NCBI GenBank assembly: GCA_951406725.2
Contig: OX597828.1
Span: 5,766,001-5,830,000 of the forward strand
Direction of reading: 5' to 3'
From: Octopus vulgaris
Taxonomy: Eukaryota
Length of the DNA: 64,000 nucleotides
Part shown: in pieces, positions 41,012 to 55,049 of the stretch
Position numbering within the stretch: the first letter of the stretch is position 1
How the letters are laid out: every line of letters starts with the position of its first letter
Program-made: the position numbers and the translations under genes
Notes under the pieces: generated by a model
Databases searched by the model: none
What the model saw: the letters and a program-made list of their open reading frames with translations, nothing else
Told to the model about the DNA's origin: nothing

Positions 41012-42772
41012 GTATATATATTTGTATGTATGTAATTTATTACCATTATTTCTATAACTATCGATTCAGACTAGTAATTCTTAGTAGTAATAGTTCTAAA
41101 AGTAAAATCTATAAATAATTAATATCAATAAAAAGAACTCTAATAAATAAATTGAATAAATGATTGAACATATATCTCAGATGGACCGCGAAACAAGAAA
41201 AATTAAATTTGAAAGTGATAAATTCCAATTACGCTAAATAAAAATCTAAAATACAGTAGACTTAGAGGTCTAAAGTTCCGCAGAAGAGACAGACTGAAAC
41301 AAAAGTCTCCACTAACCCAATGATAAAATTATTAAATATAAATGTTTGAATTTGACCCTAAGCAAATATTGATAGAAAAAATGAAATCTAACGGCCCAGA
41401 AAAAAAAAAATAGCCCCAACGTTACATAAACAAAACAACTTTTCATTAATTGAATTTCTCCAGATTCAATGCCAGCGTGTTGATAAGGATATGTGACGAA
41501 AATATTTGGTACCTCAGAAGCAGTTTACATAAGTGGCGATGAGTTTAAATGACAGAGGAAATTTCAATTTGCTCGTTCACCTACAAGGCGATTTGTTTCA
41601 CACGGTTTCGAGATATGCATTGTTTTCTCAATCGACTACTTCAATGAATTCTCAGGAGATTCCGGATTTTATAAGCATACAAATAAAGCACATGCATGAA
41701 GTATGTGATATCGGTGTGACATTATTTGTAATTCACAAGTTTACTTTATTTTACTTGTGCAGCGTTGTGGTACATCAGCAGGTACTCTGTGTGCATATAT
41801 ACGAAATCGTTTACACGGTGACTCGGTTATAAGGTGCCAACGAGCTGAAATAACAGGAGAATACAATATCTACTGTCCTTGTTCACATACATCGTGATTC
41901 GTTTCTTCGGACTTGGAAATATTTGGGGTTTTTTATCTCTGGACATTTAAAAAGGATTTTCTGGACAAGAGATTTTCTGGACAAAGATACATAAAATATA
42001 TGATATCAGTAACGTCTAGATTATTTGTACATATTGTCTATCCTTAAATGACTAAGATTACAATTCCAAGCGCTCAACAGATGCTCACACAAATATATGC
42101 ATACACATATATGTGTACATGTGCGTTTGTCTATTTATGTGTATAAATGAATAGATGCGTGCATCTAGTTCTGTAATTGAACGAGTGTATTTTTTATTTT
42201 CCTGCATTCAAATAGCAAGATTGATTAAATGAGTACGGTAAAATATAAAAATATATAAACGCATAAGATTACTGAGAAGCTATAATAGGTGTTTTAAAAC
42301 AAGAAATATATTGAATTTATTTTGTCGAACTGTTTTTGATTCAAATATATCATAGATTACACATAAGATTATGTATATCGCTGCTAGAATAGCGGAACGA
42401 TGATTACAGTACGTATTTCAAATTTTCTCTCAACAGATTCTATTCAAATACGTTGCACAAACACGGCCACATACAAGCACTCATGTGTGTGTGTGTGTGT
42501 GTAGATATAATGACATCTTTAGAATTTATATATTAAAAAGCATTTTCTTCATATTTCACACCATCACTTGTTCTGCTCACCGAGTCGCAGTATCGTTTGA
42601 TATAATAGATTTATGCATTAAGTCAATTTATAATAAATCAATGTACCCCACGTTCACATCCAAAACTGACAATCCCATGGAGTTTTATTCACGTTGCATC
42701 CCGTAAGGCCGGCTGAAGGGAAAGAATAGAAAAGCTTATGGCAAAAGGCTGTATTAATAGTAGAGAATTATA

Positions 42773-42824
42773 TTTCCATGGTTCTGCTTTCGATTCAACT
42801 CCGAATGTAATCATTAGATGGAAA
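42773..42824 (-). ncRNA. Degenerate hammerhead-like motif downstream of a PLE GIY-YIG remnant
   Basis: Minus strand TTTCCAT-CTAATGA-TTACATTCGGAGTTGAATC-GAAAG-CAGA-ACC-ATGGAAA. Perfect 7-bp stem I; core and triplet are mutated. Confidence 0.45.
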
Positions 42825-43199
42825 GAATACAGTTTAGTATATTACACTTCGTAGTATAATGCATCTTAAATAGATCAGGGTATATTAACATCACTGACCG
42901 CTCACACTAAAAATAGTATAACATAATATAAGGCAAGTGAACTTATTTAAAGCAAAAAATGTAACCAAGAAGAAACTAGTATTGTTTTCATTGGTTATCA
43001 TACCTATTCATAAGAAGAGAATATTCTATCAAAATAAACCTGCCCGTAATTATTTTTCTTACGAGAAAAAATATAATTGAAAGTCATCCTAGCAATTGCA
43101 CTTATATATTAGTATTGTCTAATCAAAATCTATAGTAAATAAATTTATGAATACTTGATTAGGTTTACTTATATGTTCTTTTATGTAAGTTCCAACTAA

Positions 43200-43640
43200 T
43201 TTACTTATTTGAAATATATTTAAATGTATTTTTTTATAATCATGTAATCATTTTAATGCTTATTCATCTCCGTAGTTTAATAACCTGCATGCAGATGTAT
43301 GGAATATTTCTTGAAGGCACGGATCACTTTTCCGATTCCAGCTACCACAATTAATAGATGTCGTACACAAAGTCGTACGATTCATTTTCCCCTTGTTTAG
43401 AAACGAAAGATTATTATGCAGTCTTCTAAAATCTGTAGAACAAGCGTCTACATAATAATTCGAAATACTTTTAGCCGTTATTATACATTTATATACTAAA
43501 ATATTTCTGAGACATTCATTACAAGTGCACATCGTTTAATTTCTACAATTACAAATAAGATTTTTATCAGTAACATTCTTCCTATTTTCACCAGAAATAT
43601 TAGCTTGTTCCGAAAATAATGGCCGATTTCAGAAACATAA
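43200..43640 (-). mobile_element. Penelope-like GIY-YIG endonuclease remnant
   Basis: ORF 43260..43532: NECLRNILVYKCII....YYVDACSTDFRRL.NN.SF.....NRTTL....CLQE......LLN..DE, matching the PLE pattern CL..N.VY.C / Y.G...T.FK.R / TxLS / LCLxE / LLN. Confidence 0.7.
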
Positions 43641-43866
43641 GTTTTGTCTGGAAAAATTAACAACATATATATCTATATATCTATATATATGCTTTTTAAT
43701 AAAGCATATTACTCTGCCTCTGGTATTCGAGTACTATTTATTCCACCTTGTTTCGCATTTATGTGCCTACTCCGGTACATATATATATATTATATAATGT
43801 CCTATATAATACTGTCTCTGTCTCAGTCTGTCTCCTTCTCTCTCTCTGTCTATGTATATATGTTTA

Positions 43867-43917
<51 letters not shown>

Positions 43918-43934
43918 TATATATATATATACAC

Positions 43935-43995
<61 letters not shown>

Positions 43996-44639
43996 GGATA
44001 TCCTTGAGGACTACATTAATGGTAAGCGTGTCTCCTGAGTACTCAGCCACTTGCATTTTAATTCCACGAGAAGGTTGTTCCGTTGATTGTATCAGTTGGC
44101 ACACTGGTCACCGTAAACAACGTGGAGCCAGTATGTACTTGTATCTGTCAACATATGTTGACAGATGCGAGCACATGCCACCAGTGAGGAGAATTATACG
44201 AAGTATGCTCGTAATTGTGTATATTCTTCAGTTATATTATCGTTAATTATTTACCATGTTATTAAATTTCAAGCTAAAAATTATTTCAACTAAGAAACAA
44301 TCCAATTATGCGTATTTAAAAATTGCTTGGAGGTAATATCCAGTTAAATGATGGGGGCATGTTGGGGTCTATACCCAACTATCAGGAGGCTCATGGGTAA
44401 ACTGCGTACAATGTGGTTGGGTAATATCTTTGGTTTCGCTCTGGGATCCAGCCGGATGAAATTAGAAACGGTTACTTCTGATGGGACCCGATGAAAGGGA
44501 CGGTGTTTAATGACTGCGCCGAGACAGCAGACGTTTAAAAAAACTGTTTGATATGCTTACCTCGCATGAAAATAACAGTAAGACATTAAAACATGCATTG
44601 TTACATATTGTGCTTATTAAATAATATATATATATATGA

Positions 44640-45647
44640 AATGGAACAAAAATGCAATAGAAGACAATAAAACATTCGGACAGATAGACGATCCAAGGGA
44701 AGACAGGAGAAACAAAAATTAGAAAGGCAGGCAGAAACAACGGGTCATTCGTAGCCTTCTTTCCTCAGTCAATTATTAGAAGTCATAAATGTTTCTGGCA
44801 GTTACATCTGAGATCTGGTTGCCCCCAAAAATGTCTAATCTAAGAGCATTATGCATTTTTGTAAGAAAGCTAGCGAATGTGTATGGCAACAAAGGCAAAA
44901 AACGGAGAACATGATTCACAATTACAAATACAAACAACAACAAAATAACTACAGGTGTCTTTCGAGTAAGAACGAATCAAATTGAGCTGGCGGGAATTTA
45001 TGAAATCGTAAAGGCAGGAATATATGAGATGGACGTAAAAGGTGTTGGCGTTCAGCAGTCAGGCCAAGAAAGACAGATCATGGCTGGACGGACACCGGTC
45101 ACGTGGAAGAAGAAGAGATGTGTAGGGTCAGCTGGACTGAAGCATTAGAAAAATTCAGTGACAAAGGGAAAGGTACAGGGGAGATAAACGAGGGGGAAAT
45201 AGTGAGCGTTAAAGAAAGAGATGGCCAAGAAATGTGTGAGAGAGAGAGGGAGAGTAAGAAAAAGAAAGGAGGAAGAAAATATGAGTGGGACTAAAAGATA
45301 GAGTAAGAGTTGTACATAGTTTAGATACATGCTTACTATAAGGTGATCATAAGTGTGTACCTATTCTGTTATATGTTTATATAAATATAAAAAAAATGTA
45401 ACAAATACACAATAGCAGATAAAACATTCGGAGAGATAGATGATATAAGGGCGGACAGGAGAAACAATAAATAGAAGGACAGGACAAAAAAGACGGGTCA
45501 TTTGTGGCCTTCTTTCCTCAGGCAAGTACCATAAGTCATAAGTGTTTCAGGCAGTTCCACTTGAGAAAGTTCGATCTGGTTGCCTCCCAAAAAGTCTAAG
45601 CTAAGAGCATTAGACCATTTGTAAGAAAGCTAGCGAAGTTTTACGGC

Positions 45648-45650
<3 letters not shown>
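44640..45650. repeat. Element bounded by ~250-bp diverged direct repeats (44640-44890 and 45400-45650)
   Basis: Shared collinear blocks ATAAAACATTCGGA.AGATAGA, ACGGGTCATT, GCCTTCTTTCCTCAG, GATCTGGTTGCC, CTAAGAGCATTA and GTAAGAAAGCTAGCGAA..GGCAAC. Confidence 0.8.
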
Positions 45651-45714
<64 letters not shown>

Positions 45715-46522
45715 GCACGCAAACACACACAGACATGTATATAACTACCCGCACACACACACGTACACTCCCAAACTCATTCTCATGTCAATTTGTTGTT
45801 TAACAGACATTTGAATACACATGGCCAATATTCTGATAATATATTTGAAATTAGATGTGTATATAAACCTATGGAAATAAATCACCACGTCTACCTCCAC
45901 GTTAAGTTATTTGTTATAGCATGGCTTCTAAATGTTTTAATCAGATATTCTTTGCCGATTCATTTATCTGCTTTAAAATATACTTTATCTAATTTCAGGA
46001 TTTAATTTTTTCTTCTTTCTATTTTCTGCCTTTTATTTAAAGATAAAGTGGCTTATTTTCTACAGTTAACTATACATTCATTCACTTTTCATCATGGAAG
46101 TGTTTTAATTGTTCGGTTAAATTATCAAACTTGAAGAGAAATCACATGCCTAACGTCGCTTCATATTGTCCATGCTTTGTTCCTGTTTAAATCTTCACGT
46201 TTACAATGACTTGCAAGGCTCTCCATAATATCACTGAAGTCTCTTTCACTGAAGCTCATTTAAATAATATTTAAATTACACTTTCTGTTTCAAACGCTTT
46301 CTGTATTATACACACTCGCACTCAACATTTCTCTCTCGTTTTCTTTGTAGACTTCTATCTTTCTCTTTCAATTTCTCTCTCATTTTCTGTTCCAGTCTGC
46401 AGTCTTCTTAACTTGCTTTCTCTCGATCCCTCTTTCTCTGTCTTGGTGCCTCTCTAACTCTGTGTCTCTGTTTATGTATCTCTCTGCCTGTCAGTCTTCC
46501 TGTCTCTCTCCCTCCTTTCTCT

Positions 46523-46578
<56 letters not shown>

Positions 46579-48929
46579 CTGTGTCTATAATTAAGCATGT
46601 ATCTCTATGTATTCATGTTTCTAAATTCAATTCCATTATCTTCTTTCTAATTTAAGCCTCATTCCCTGTTTACCTCTCTTTTATATTCATATCTTCTATC
46701 TTACCTTCATATATTTCTCCCTCTTTTACGACTTGTATACATCCTCCCTCAATCTACCTCTCTATTCGTGTCCATTTCCCATTTATTATCCTCTATTTAT
46801 ACATTCAGTCTCTCACTCTTGGCTTGACATTGTCTTTGAGTACTTCTTTGTATGTCTCTTTGAATGCAGTTCTCACTCTATTTTACTTCTTCGTCTTTCC
46901 CTCTCACTCTTTCCTTTACTTGTAAGAAATACAACTTACTTCCAAAGTCACTAAACTGTTGGGAGAGAATATCATTGAGAAGGAATTATCTTTTGGTTGA
47001 ATCGTTCCTTGCTTCTGACGTTAAGTCGAAAGGCATAAAAGGAAAACCATGTGACACGGTTGAGTTGTTAATTTGATGATTAAGACTGCTGTTTAATGAC
47101 CCTTTCAGCATGTGCAATAAACTCTTTGCCCATGCACACAAACACACACACACAACACGCACGCGTGCACACATCTGATACGGACGCAGGTTTAAAGACA
47201 CTCATCCATTTTAAATTTACTAGCAAGCAAACAGAAATACACATAGAAACTCACATAAATATAATATTCTCTCATGGTGGGCCATTAATATGCATGGATA
47301 CGATGCAGCAACTGTCTAAGATTTGGACTTTCACATCCATTTATGAACTGCTATAGTAGGAATTTATACGCCAACCCATAATATCGACTAAAATGTAGTC
47401 ATATATTAACACGTTATTATTCTTCGAGATATACTAACATACTTGAACTCAGTCACATTGAGAGATCATCTTAAATATATATTTAGGACAGCAGCAAAGC
47501 AACGTGAAGAAGTGAACTGACGATAGAGAAAGCAACGAGGAAAGATCGATGGGATGAAAGAATGGAAGAAAATGCGAAAAGATAATAGAAAACGAATGTA
47601 GAAAGAAATCAGGAATATTGAAGAAGTCAGTGGCTTAAAGTGAACAGTCTGGATAGGTGGAATCGTGATAGAATAAGGAAAAAGAGAAAGTGAAAGAAAG
47701 CGAGGACAGAGTGTGTAAAGTGGGAAAGAAAGAAGAAGAATGGATGATATGCAAGCAGCAGAACAAGAGAATAAAACAGATGTTACAGAAAGGAACTGAA
47801 ATCAAGATATGTGGAGAACCAGGTAGGGAAATAAGAAGAAACTGCGAGAAATTAAAGCGTTAGTGAAAATAAATCACACTTGTAGACCAGAATTTCTCGC
47901 AGACACGCAAATTTATACGCACAGGTATAGACACGTTTACACCAACATGCACCCACACCAATTCACATATGCTCATGTATAGAACACACACACACACATG
48001 CATATATATTTATACACTCACACACACACACACATATATATATATAAATGTGTGAGCGTGTTTTCGTTTGTACATATACGTGTATCAATGTTTGTGTGTC
48101 TGTATGTGTGTGAACAAAGAAATGAACGCATGGACAAAATATGACTACACGGTGAGAATGGCATGGAATATATTGCAATAGTAAAGACAATTTCAAGACT
48201 ATTAGGATTAAGACTCAATATTGCCGTTAATCTTCTTCTTAAGGATGTTCTTATCATTGTTCTCTTATTATCCTTGTTCAGTGCTGTGTGCTTGTTGATC
48301 GCTTGCTTATATTTGTTCTTGTTATTTTTGTGTTATCTTTACTCGCTTCCTAAAGGATCGTATCGACATTAACTTGCAATCATAGGAATCAAAAATTTAC
48401 AGATTAACCATTAAGTGTAGATGTAATCACAGCAACAATAAGGATAATGATAAGTATAATGCACATGCAACGGCAACAATCGTTATAGCATCTAGGCAAC
48501 TTCTTAAATCTTCATCGCTGCTATGTCATAATTGGCACACTTTATCTGGTCACTCACAACGTTGTATAACTAAATTTTTCTCATATGAGCATATTTCCTA
48601 TATACATGTTCTCATGTAGCTCACAAAAAGATCTTAATATCCAGACGAGTTTTGCCCCTTTTTAGTTAAACATAGAAGACTTTAAATACGGAAAATGCAA
48701 TCCTTAGTAATTGTCTTGTTTTCTTTCGGAATAATCAGGTAAAAAATCTGAAGACATATCAAAGTATATATAATAAGTTTTTAAATACAACAGAGTGGCT
48801 TGCTCATTCGATTGATTTGACTTTTCTTTTCAGCTATACATAGGTTTCAATGTACGGGACTAGTAGCTATATCATGTTTTCAAGTTTAGCGACGCCTGAA
48901 TAGATAAAATGTAAGCAAGGACCTACAAT

Positions 48930-49820
48930 GTACGGGTTAAATTTCAGTTTTACATAAAAGGAAATGAAAATGCGCTATCACATCTAAAACTGAAATATTT
49001 TAAAACGTCAAAATATATCAACTAGATTAGTGTTAGTAGATGACAGCTTATTCAGAGCAGCCTCGCTCACCTGACACCACGATCTCAAGACGGCTCTGGA
49101 GCCTGGCGCATGAGTCCCTCACTGCCTCTTAGGGTAAACCTGCGAACACCTTGGTCTTGGTCATGAGTTCCACTTTGGTGTTACCAGCTGAGAGGATGGT
49201 GTGTTTCTCAATCATGTGCCATATACAATACTCCATGAGATTACAATCAGGGGGATAAGAAAGCCATAAACTGGGGCTGGTGAAGTCGTAGAATTTCTCT
49301 GAAAAGTACTTCTGACTCTTTCCGTGGGCGTGGCAAGGAGCTGAATCATGCTACTCTACATATGGCCTTCTAGCAGAGAACTTTCTCCAACCAAGATTTG
49401 ACCACGGTCTCCAGCAGCTTCACAGTCATCCAAATTATGCCTAAGGCCCTATTCAAATGTGCGAGAAATGCCCATCTGTCTGCTATGTTCATTCTTACTG
49501 GCTACGGCTTCCTAGTACCCTTCGCAAATGTCCATGTCACCTCTTACAGTGTTCACGGAACACTCAGTAGCAATCCTTATGTCGACGTTCTGATACACAG
49601 TGCAAAGCATCATAACACAGGTAACGCTTTTCTAGTGTGTACATGCCTCCCACTCATCCATGTCAGCCAACGTTTTCTCGATTACAACATTAATCTTTAC
49701 ACTTTCCAAAACCGTTGACTCTTCACCAATACATCAAGCTGATCGTCAAATGTAGCCCGAAAACGCTGCAAATTGATATTTTCACAAGATTCATGCTTTT
49801 TTAACTTAATCAACACTTAT
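48930..49820 (-). mobile_element. Tc1/mariner-superfamily DD37D (maT-like) transposase remnant
   Basis: Minus strand ~49205-49355 reads HDSAPCHAHGKSQKYFSEKFYDFTSPSLWLSYPPDCNLMEYCIW (QDSAPCH...WPPxSPDCNPMDY.VW). Boundaries are approximate. Confidence 0.75.
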
Positions 49821-49849
49821 CTTTAACATCTATAACTCACAATGAGCCT

Positions 49850-50480
49850 AAAATAATGCTTTGCTGTGTTATTGTTTCTCTGGGTCTGCAGTCCCCTAAA
49901 AGAGGACTTGGGTGTGATATTAATCGTGTGATTTTTTATCATACCCATTCCCCATATCTCATATCGTTCCTTGTCCTCATACATTTCAGGATTGAAAACG
50001 CTACACTTCATCTTTGTGCTGAGAAAGGCAATTTCATGGACTTCGTTGCCTATTTCTGTTGATCCTTTATGCATTTAGAAAAAAGCCAAATCTGGGGAAT
50101 TTTCACTGGGAGGATAGGTGGTTGCACTCCAGTGATATTGGAGGCCATGGCTTTGGCTTCCCAGTCTGCTGTAACTAACCATGTATTGATGGATGTTTAG
50201 CGACAGTTTTAAGGTTTCAAACGGCCATTGATACAATACGTTTGGCAACTAGACATCCAGTCTTAAGCATCTTTAAAAACTATCCCTACGTTTTTGAAAC
50301 TACCGTCAAATTTATATTTTCTTTCTCCTCTGTAGGAAATTTCTCTTCATTATAATTTTTGCATACTCCACCAGCAATTTATCTTCATCTATGACAATAG
50401 ATTATTTAAATTACTTGCCTTATCTTTAATATACAAAGTGCTGCTGGCCAAATCTCTTACTTGTAATAAATACAGTCTGC
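49850..50480 (-). mobile_element. Possible Gypsy-type integrase remnant
   Basis: Weak, ordered motifs on the minus strand: FKDA*DWMSSCQT (H2C2 region), DWEAKAM (PWExxAMD-like) and YHTQ (YHPQ-like). Confidence 0.3.
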
Positions 50481-50949
50481 TGATCGAATGTATTCCTACT
50501 CTCTATGATTCTCTGGCGAGCTTCAATATATCTAAATCATGGCTATCGTCGTTTTCACCCACAGTAACATGAAAATTATCATTTTTGAAAATGTTCTCCT
50601 TTTCTCCAATAATTGCTTCTATACATACATACATACATACATACATACATACATACATACATACACACACACACATACACCCACACACGCACATATATAT
50701 ATATACTCAAAATAAGTTGGAACGATCGTTTCACACTACATCATTTTATTAAACATTGTAAGTATTACAACAGTTTTAAACTGTTTAATAAAATGAAGTA
50801 GCGTGAAACAATCGTACCAAATTACCGAAGATATTCTTGTTGCTTATTTTGATGATAATCACCCATGTATTTATTTGGATAACACCGTACAACATTCTGG
50901 TGCATCTGACTTAAATACCATATTCATTTGAATCTAAATTTTGCTGAAC

Positions 50950-51003
<54 letters not shown>

Positions 51004-51214
51004 GATTTCTAAATATAGCAGAGAGATATATGCAGTAGTGGTACGGTAGAGTAGTTGTATACTGTCAACTTAATCTGACAGTCCCATGAAGAGAATAACA
51101 CTACTACTATTTAGTCTTAGGAAGCAGCAACGCTTCCTGTCAGACTTGACACATTTTTTGTGCCCTTATCTTTACAAGGGGGAGACAAGCACCTCCACCT
51201 AGCTATGCCTGCAA

Positions 51215-51255
51215 CCAGAGACTAGTTTCTGCGTCTTTGCTCGTCATCAGTCTGG
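51215..51255 (-). ncRNA. Type I hammerhead ribozyme motif
   Basis: Minus strand CCAGA-CTGATGA-CGAG-CAAAGA-CGCA-GAAAC-TA-GTC-TCTGG: perfect 5-bp stem I, canonical core, GUC triplet; stem II has a mismatch. Confidence 0.75.
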
Positions 51256-51516
51256 AGTAGCATGGCTGGAGATGCCTGTATAGCCCTTGTAAACATATAA
51301 GAATTCTAGTGAAATAAATCCACTGATTACAAAAATAGAAATAATACATTTCCAAATATCTCAGAGAGATATATGCAGTAGTGGTACGATACAGTAATTG
51401 TATACTGTCAACTTAATGTGACAGTCCCATGAAAGGAATATCACTACTAATATTTAGCCCTAAGATGTAGTTTACAAGGGCTAGACAGGCATCTCCAGCT
51501 AGCAGGCCATGCTACT

Positions 51517-51557
51517 CCAGACTGATGACGAGCAAAAACTCAGAAACTAGTATCTGG
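51517..51557 (+). ncRNA. Type I hammerhead ribozyme motif
   Basis: CCAGA-CTGATGA-C-GAG-CAAAAA-CTC-A-GAAAC-TA-GTA-TCTGG: perfect stem I, canonical core, palindromic ACTAGT at stem III, GUA triplet. Confidence 0.8.
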
Positions 51558-51717
51558 CTGCAGACTTAGCTGGGTGGAGGTGCATGTCTCTCCCTTGTAA
51601 ACATAAGGACACAGGAAATATGTCAAGGCCGACAGGAAGCGTTGCTGCTTCCTAGGGCTAAATAGCAGTTGTATTATTCCCTTCATGGGACTGTCACATT
51701 AAGCTGACAGTATACAA

Positions 51718-51901
<184 letters not shown>

Positions 51902-52109
51902 AATACATATATGTATTTCTTTTACATAATCGCAATGTTCAATTCAATAAGATAATTCTTTTGTAATATATTTAGTACACAAATACTTGATTTAACACAA
52001 ACAATGACATTTGAATTGCTAACATATTTTCTTAATCTTTCTGTGGCATACGACATCGGCCGATGAAGTCAGGCACCGGAGATTTAAAAAAGACATGGGT
52101 TTAACATTT

Positions 52110-53220
52110 TTGTTGCAATTCTGTAAAGGAGGGGCGTAATGGAGGATTTATAATCGTTACGATAGGGATATGAATAACAGCAATGTTAAGGTTAGCGATT
52201 TGATAACATTCGTATTAATATTATGCAAGCAATTAATAGATAACTTCTTGATACCCATTGCATTCGTTTCTTCTGTTATCAGGACGTGTTCCGTTGTAGA
52301 GTGGCTGCACGGAAAATAGGCACTATTAATTTACTGAACTGCCAAGTAGAGTGACAGTAACTGCTATGACTGACAGGATGACTTTTACAAATCTCTTCTC
52401 TGCAAATCCAGCGTAGTTTGAGGGACTCTTTAAGAATGGTACAAGGGAGGTAACAAATAAAAATGATTTTTTAAATTTACTTTTGTAACTGACGCGAGCT
52501 GTTCCCCGTAAGCTAGGATAGTCATCGAAACAGAATATGCAGTGGTTACAAATGATAGAATTCAAGAACAATGAATAGGTTGTCGGATATCTAAAGGAAA
52601 ATTGACAATATAGACGCACGGTAGTAACTGAAATAAAATAACTTGTGTCTAAATAACATTTTTGGAAACTCGTTAACGAGTGATGTAATAGCACTGCTAA
52701 CACACAAGAACACAGTATTGATTTGTGAAAGCGTTTAGTATAGTTTATTATGGTTGCATAACGAAATATGGTGATCCTACAGGTCATTAATACTTCTGGA
52801 AACGTCAGCAAAATACCTTCCACGCGTTTATTGAATTTAGTATAATCAATGGTCAACACTGCAGGATACAGTTGAATGCTTTAAGTGAGGTCTTACATGA
52901 AAATAGATTTAAAATGTATGCTATTAAAAAAGTCATCACCTTGAATGCAATATCTAATTTTAAATAGGGAAATATGTGGTAGTAATATAGAAGATCAGAG
53001 ACACGTAATAATGATTAGAAAAATTTTGAAAAATACTTATATCAGAAGATTACGTAAAATGTATGTCGCAATGATATAAATCGGAAAAAAAACAGATCAT
53101 CTTCCCAAAAGTAATTACAGTAACCGACTTGCCTTAGAAAGTGTAAGGAAAAGGACAGTTGTAGGCATTCACAATATTTAAAATTGATGGTGGTGGTATT
53201 TTGAGATGTTGCGTTGACAG
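52110..53220 (-). pseudogene. Intronless class A (rhodopsin-like) GPCR pseudogene
   Basis: Ordered motifs across frameshifts: N-terminal VNATSQNTT (two sequons, ~53190-53218); TM1 VTVITFGKMICFF (GN-like, ~53100); TM2 FF*SLLRVSDLL (~53000); TM3 ITIFRYATII (DRY-like, ~52760); TM4 SILCSCVLAVLL; TM5 SMTILAYG; TM6 AEKRFVKVILSVIAVTV..TW; TM7 IINPP(x)YA (~52145). Total span ~1.1 kb. Confidence 0.65.
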
Positions 53221-53829
53221 ATTACACCCAGCTACTTTCAACTTCTTGATCGATTCGGAGTACTTAGAGGCGAAATGTTCCGCAAGTGAACAGGAACAAC
53301 TACTATGAACAGCGATCTAAACTGGGCTCTCCAGAATACACTCCAGCAACGTAATTAATCATTTCCAGACAAATGTAATTTAGACGAGGTGTATAGGGTT
53401 AGGGTTAGGGATAAGCTGATGTTCTGACGGAAAAACTGCAAGCTCCTTGTTAATATGACTGTTCTCGATGATACGAAAATACAAACTAACAATAACTTAT
53501 GGAACTTATTGGGTCCCATCTGACTGGATTCTCTTAATCCTGGGGATACATCCATTTTAATATAACCATATTGAATTTTATCAAAACTACTATACAGAAC
53601 TACCATAGAATTTATGCTGACGCCTCGAACATATTTTCAGCTCCAATTTCACATAAATATCCAGAGATATTTCAATGGACTAATATTTACTATTTCATCG
53701 CACACTAACAATAAAAGAAAAGGGGAGAGAGAGGGCCGAATCGAGATATTACATTAGGAGGAGTACAACAATTGCTATCTAGAAGCTCATTTCATATATT
53801 ATCTAGCATTGCATGTGGTGAATACTTAT

Positions 53830-53975
53830 ATTTTTTATTTATGCGCCGGTTTCCAGGTTTCTGTGGCGTATGTGTTCCCCCCAGCTGGAAGGGACGCCAG
53901 TCCATCGCAGCGTTACTCAAGAAACAGGAAGAAAGGGTGAGAGAAAGGGTGAGAGAAAGTTGGGGCGAAAGACTA
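53830..53975. mobile_element. Dispersed repeat / SINE-like fragment
   Basis: GC-richer island GGTTTCTGTGGCGTATGTGTTCCCC..GGGACGCCAGTCCATCGCAGCGTTAC resembling a SINE body, with an internal 12-bp tandem duplication (AGAAAGGGTGAG). Confidence 0.45.
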
Positions 53976-55049
53976 GAGAAATGTAAGATGAGTGACAAGT
54001 AGACGAGTAGAAGTGGAAAGGGAATTCGAAACCCAAGAGAGTTGTGATAATACACGGACAAAATAATACTGCTTTGTAAAACTACTTGAGCACAGATAAA
54101 TTTAAAATCATATTAGGTTTTCCCTCCGAGAATAAACGATGCGTGGCTCTGTTATACTGGAATACCATATGACAGAGCCTCATTCTACAGGCTCTAATAG
54201 GAAAACATCTAAGAAAATCACCTAACACATGCTACAAAATAAATGTGACTCAAAGACAAGTGTATTTCTTAAGACTTCAAGGTTTATTTTTTCGCATCGT
54301 CTCATAGTGCTGAGCCAGGAATCTTAGTGCCATTGTTTCCAATTCTGCTTCTCTGCCAATGCATTAAATATTTTCAATGTTGTTCATCCATTATTAGGTT
54401 GCAAAAGTTTTCAAAGTATAACATCGTATATAGTTTGCTCTTTATCATGATAGAAATGACCAGGGAAAAGTACCCTGCTTAGATCAATAGCAGTAGAAAC
54501 TGCTGGAGTTTATACATGTATCTCACATTTGTTCTTATATTCATGTCAGCCCTCATGAGATGCTTCGTGCGTATGCATGCTATCAATGTCATTGGGAGCG
54601 AGGTGAATGTTTCCTACTCTTCCCATGTAGAAAGAAAACTTTGTTGAATTCAAAATGTTACTTAATCAGAAGACCAGAGATTTTTGAGTTGGTTACAGCC
54701 TTTGTAGGTTAGTTCCTTGCATGTTGGCAACCCTATTTTGCTGTTAGCATCGCAGGAAAACAAGTTATTTGAAGTCACTCACTTATACTGCGTGCTTTCA
54801 TTGGGCATAGATCGGTAAGTGAGATCAATCTTCATTGATATTTAATCAGTTTTCATTGTTTTGAAAAATAATCGAACGTCAGCCGTTGAGGAAAAGGAAT
54901 TATAACGTCTGAGAGATTGATTTCGTCTCCAAATGGAAATCTTTCTATGAAATGGGGGTCAAATGTTTGTCTATAATAATATAAGCCAATCATCATGAAG
55001 AGTAATAACAACATGACATTAGTTCAAAATCCGCCTAGGTAGACCTTTT

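Noticed and set aside
53394-53410. (TTAGGG)-like telomeric repeat
   Set aside because: Under three units; too short to call an interstitial telomere.
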